From Candidatus Woesearchaeota archaeon (GTDB taxonomy: Archaea > Nanobdellota > Nanobdellia > Woesearchaeales > JAZDKJ01), in the NCBI GenBank assembly GCA_043803105.1, contig JAZDKJ010000002.1:82554-146553 (forward strand): DNA of 64,000 nucleotides, written 5' to 3'. Positions within the stretch are counted from its first letter, which is position 1, and the number at the start of each line of letters is the position of its first letter. The position numbers and the translations under genes are program-made. This document shows, one piece after another, positions 60,571 through 64,000 of this stretch. The notes below the pieces were generated by a model. The model ran no database searches, was not told the origin of the DNA, and saw nothing but the letters and a program-made list of their open reading frames with translations.

Positions 60571-60713
60571 CCATTGTTGTTGCCAGAAGACTTTTAAAGA
60601 TAACCCATGTGGAAACCTTTCCCACTAAAAATGAAGTTTAGTACTTGCAGCATAAACATATAAGCTCAAACTTATCATTAAATCCCAGCTTAATTGCCGG
60701 GAGGTAGGTGAAA

Positions 60714-60872
60714 ATGGAATATCAAATGACCTGTGAGGATGGATTTACTGTAAGGAGCAAGAGCAAGGACGAGGTTGCAGGCATGGGTGTCTGGCACGTT
60801 ATGATGATGCACCCAAACGAAAAGATTTCAATGAACGACGCCTTGAAGATGGTCAAACCAGCAGCTAAGTAG
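60714..60872 (+). CDS. Small Cys/His/Met-rich protein (DUF1059-like, 52 aa)
   Basis: MEYQMTCEDGFTVRSKSKDEVAGMGVWHVMMMHP...; strong GGAGGTAGGTGA RBS. Confidence 0.7.
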   Translation: MEYQMTCEDGFTVRSKSKDEVAGMGVWHVMMMHPNEKISMNDALKMVKPAAK

Positions 60873-60942
60873 GTATTTTGGTATACGAGGAGCACCCATA
60901 AAGAAATGCTTCTTGGGTTTCTCATGGGATTGAGGTGAGACT

Positions 60943-61167
60943 ATGAAAGAATATGTTGATATCTTTATTGTGCCAGTTCGAAAGAAGAAATTGGCAGCCT
61001 ATCGTAAGACTTCGATGGGTTTTGGAAGGCTTATGCTGGAATATGGGGCAAAACGTTATGGTGAGTTTGTTGGCGATGACCTGAAGCCAAAGAACATGCC
61101 TGACATGGGAAACAATGCATTTCCTTCTTCAGTATTTGTCGAGATAAGAATTGTGTCTCTACCATAA
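60943..61167 (+). pseudogene. Truncated DUF1428-family gene
   Basis: YVDIFIVPV..KKLAAYRK...EYGAKRY.E.VGDD then loses similarity after about 62 aa; GAGGTGA RBS. Confidence 0.6.
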
Positions 61168-61386
61168 TTGCTCTTTCTAGGTACACCTGTTTTTTGTCTC
61201 TTGAAGCAGCGCCGGAATTCCATCACGCACTGACACGACTTGGTATATAGAAATACAGTCTTGCAGTCCGCTCTGTTATCTCTCTTTGAAGTCCACCTCT
61301 CTTCCTTGCAATTTCAAACAGAGCTTGGGCGTCTATTGTTTGAAGAAGGTTTGGCCTACAAAAAGTTTATATAATTGTGGGTTTGA

Positions 61387-61983
61387 ATGTTTAATATGAG
61401 GCAGTTATGTGTAATAATTATTGTAATAACACTATTATGTATAGGTTGTACTTCCATCAAGAATAAGGATGCTCAAAACAATAAGATTGATTCTATTATA
61501 AATAAAATAGATAATAACAAAATCTCTGAATTAACTGAAGAAGAAAGAGCTATCTGGGGAAATGTTGTGGATAAAGCAAATAGAGGAGAGGAACTGTCCC
61601 CTGATGAAACTAAACTTCAAGAAAGATTAGAACAACTCACAAAAGAACAGAATCCATCTAGATTCCTTCCGGACAAATGTGTTTTAAGACCTCCCTTTAA
61701 TTGCGTGGACTTTAACGTTTCAAAATCTCAGATAGAGCTTACAATTTCACACTCGTTTGGTAATGATTTAAAAAATATTGCCGTAAGTGTTAATTCCTGC
61801 CAAGAATCATCAACTATTGATGTTCTTAAAGACAGAAATAGCAATACCTTTGTTTTAGAAAAATGCAATAATACCCAATCTGAAGACACAAATAAGTTAA
61901 AGGAAGAAATTCTGATCAAATACCAAGATAGTTCTGGCTCGTTACAATCTTCAATAGGTGAATTATTTTCCAAAGTCAATTAA
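61387..61983 (+). CDS. Putative lipoprotein with pilin-like C-terminal domain
   Basis: LLCIGC lipobox-like; PSRFLPDKC...C.DF; AT-rich. Confidence 0.65.
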   Translation: MFNMRQLCVIIIVITLLCIGCTSIKNKDAQNNKIDSIINKIDNNKISELTEEERAIWGNVVDKANRGEELSPDETKLQERLEQLTKEQNPSRFLPDKCVLRPPFNCVDFNVSKSQIELTISHSFGNDLKNIAVSVNSCQESSTIDVLKDRNSNTFVLEKCNNTQSEDTNKLKEEILIKYQDSSGSLQSSIGELFSKVN

Positions 61984-62208
61984 TTAATGAAGCCAAAGCT
62001 CCTTGCTTCTTTATATTTATGTATCACTCCGTTTATTAGATAGATGGACACATTCTCGATATTTCTGAAGAAATCCGTCGGAACTTTGTAACCGACGGAG
62101 AGCATAACTCTACTTGAACCATAATTTCTTGCAACAATTTCCCAAATTCCGTTTGGAAGCTATCAGAAATTTATTTAGAACTCTGCCTAAACATCATAAA
62201 TTAATCAT

Positions 62209-62265
62209 AAAACAAAAGAAAAAACCGTGCACTATAAACAAAAGGTTTTCGGACTATTGGGGGCT
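62209..62265 (-). repeat. Second copy of the 23S rRNA 3' end, trailer and T-tract
   Basis: Matches 63032-63090 with one substitution and a 2 nt A-run length difference. Confidence 0.92.
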
Positions 62266-62267
62266 AC

Positions 62268-62713
62268 TTAGCCTGAGAATTCCAAGTAAGCCAAGTCCTC
62301 TGCAGCGAAAACGTGTAGCCCAACTTTATGGCTCTTAAGAAAGTCCATTCCAAGGATTGAAGGCATTGTCATTGCAGCCTGCTTCTTCTTTTCTGACATC
62401 TTTGTCGTCTTTAATGCTGTCAGGTCCAGTGGTATTGCAAAATGACTTTTTTTATCTTCAGTAGGAACTTGTAACGTAAATTTCGGCAACTCGACTTGTT
62501 TATACCTTGACCCTGCAAAGTCCACCTCACCGAAAACAACCTTATCATGCATGGGAATCTGCAAGCGAGCAACATCCTTTGCGCTTAGGAAAGAGAATTC
62601 ACTCCCGTATCTACTACAAACGCCATTGCTGTTGGTGGACAACGTACCTTTGAACACAGGATAACAGAGTTGAGAAAAATCCTATTGCCAATAATTTGTA
62701 ATTGAACTCTCAT
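62268..62713 (-). pseudogene. Retropepsin-like aspartic protease, frameshifted at the DTG motif
   Basis: ATG 62713 gives ...AMAFVVDTG; the other frame continues SEFSFL...SILGMDFLK; one base missing at 62604-62606. Confidence 0.8.
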
Positions 62714-62946
62714 AATACTGAGGTCACTTTACTTACAAACTCAACCAAGACTTTACAAGGATTAATCTTGTTTTTCCTAAGTCTTGCCACAAGCTTTATA
62801 GCATCCTTGTCAGAATCCACAACTGATTCATTATAGATTGCCACGAACATCTCGTTATATTGCTCCTTTAGGGCTTTCACATTTTTCTTGTACCATTCCA
62901 GGTCTTTCTGCCCTGAAACCAGCATTTGCACAATCTTAGACTCCAT
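62710..62946 (-). CDS. DUF5678-like small protein
   Basis: W...N...LKEQY...FVAI....VVDSDKD...L; ATGA overlap with the protease gene. Confidence 0.75.
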   Translation of the reverse strand: MESKIVQMLVSGQKDLEWYKKNVKALKEQYNEMFVAIYNESVVDSDKDAIKLVARLRKNKINPCKVLVEFVSKVTSVL

Positions 62947-63031
62947 ACCAACTGTTATTAAATTTTGGTCCTATATAAAAGTTGCCTAAGAATTCTAGTC
63001 TTTCTTCTACAAAAGACGAAAAACACACACA

Positions 63032-63090
63032 AAAACAAAAGAAAAAAAACCGTGCACTATAAACAAAAGGTTTTCGGACGATTGGGGGCT
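63032..63090 (-). repeat. Native copy of the duplicated 23S 3' end/trailer
   Basis: Minus strand AGCCCCCAATCGTCCGAAAACCTTTTGTTTATAGTGCACGG followed by a T-tract. Confidence 0.92.
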
Positions 63091-64000
63091 GCATGCTGAA
63101 CACCTCGTTACCTTGGTGCGTACACACCAGCTCCATTAAACTTGTATTTTGCAAGAGTCCTTCAACGATGTCTCTTTTTGAGGAGGGTTTCGAGCTTAGA
63201 TGCTTTCAGCTCTTATCCCTGATGGCGTGGCTGCCCGGCGTACCCTGTCGGATAACCGGTAAACTAGAGGCCACGGATCCCCGTTCCTCTCGTACTAGAG
63301 GATCCTTCCCCTCAGACATCGAACATTTCCAGTAGATATTAAACAAACTGCCTCACAGCGTTCTGAACCCAGCTCACGAACCCTTTTAATTGGTGAACAC
63401 CCACACCCTTGGACGCTGCTGCACGCCCAGGATAGGATGAGCCGACATCGATGGAGCAAGCCGCGCCGTCGATAGGAGCTCTCGGGCGCGACGACTCTGT
63501 TATCCCCGGGATAGCTTTTCTGTCATACTTAGGCCCCATCAAGGAGCCATAAGGGTTCGCTAGACCCAAGTTTCCTTTCTGCATTTCTTCTTGGTTGAAA
63601 TACAGTCAGGCTAGCTTTTGCTCTTGCGCTCTACTCTCGATTTCTAACCGAGATGAGCTAACCTTTGGGCCCTGCTGATACATTTTCAGCAGGGTGCCGC
63701 CCCAGCCAAACTACCTGCCTATAAGTGTCTTTTCTCTTTAAGAGAAAGTGAGCGATATAAGTTTCACAGGGTAGTGTTTCAACTTTGCCTACACTTTTTC
63801 TAGCGAAAAAGCTTTAGCAGCTACTACCTACTCTACACAGCAAAGCTCACATCACAATCACAAGCTGTAGTAAAGTTCCACGGGGTCTTTGCTTCCCACT
63901 GGAGGTCACTGGCTTTTGCACCAGTATAGTGTGTTCAGGGGACTCTAACTAGGGACAGTGAAGACCTCGTTACGCCTCTCATGCAAGCCGTCAATAAAAC
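63064..64000 (-). rRNA. rrl: 23S rRNA, 3' part (partial; 3' end approximate)
   Basis: Minus strand has GGATAACAG, TCGATGTCGG, GTGAGCTGGGTT and sarcin-ricin loop AGTACGAGAGGAAC. Confidence 0.97.

Noticed and set aside
61130-61350. Minus-strand frame with an internal TGA as possible recoding
   Set aside because: No start codon or recognisable family, and many genes here end in TGA; treated as a remnant
61990-63060. 5S rRNA or tRNA downstream of 23S
   Set aside because: No 5S or cloverleaf motifs recognised by eye; a covariance-model search would be needed to exclude them
62936-63584. ORFs overlapping the 23S rRNA
   Set aside because: Spurious frames within rRNA; no intron or homing endonuclease visible in this part

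Overview
Gene-dense archaeal window, most consistent with a DPANN archaeon of the Woesearchaeota type (inferred from archaeal PolB, eS1, uL11, Spt5, SecE, DTD2, Taw3 and class III pilins, bacterial-type TpiA/GAPDH, and TATA boxes about 25 nt before many start codons). Left to right: the 5' part of a >1500 aa Cys-rich surface protein; taw3; an MNT-HEPN fusion; a minus-strand gene run (AbrB-like, nnrD, Kef antiporter, yhbY, two hypotheticals, a ~700 aa EndoIV-like TIM barrel); a heat-shock cluster (hsp20-grpE-dnaK-dnaJ with four interleaved genes, a divergent wHTH and a palindromic operator candidate); pilins; tpiA, polB, eS1, ferredoxin, pgk, gap; a group 3b NiFe hydrogenase with a reduced maturation module (protease, EamA, DUF6390-like, HypC, HypA; no HypB/D/E/F in the window); ftsZ-secE-spt5-(helicase etc.)-uL11; membrane genes; a decaying variable region; and the 3' ~0.94 kb of a 23S rRNA gene. 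Strongest leads: (1) a DUF5678-like/aspartic-protease gene pair bracketed by a direct repeat of the 23S rRNA 3' end; (2) a possible alternative hydrogenase maturation route; (3) the three-gene unit ending in the large TIM-barrel metalloenzyme; (4) a SelO/kinase-like orphan; (5) unusual peptidyl-transferase-centre bases. All family calls are by motif recognition; no database search was run.
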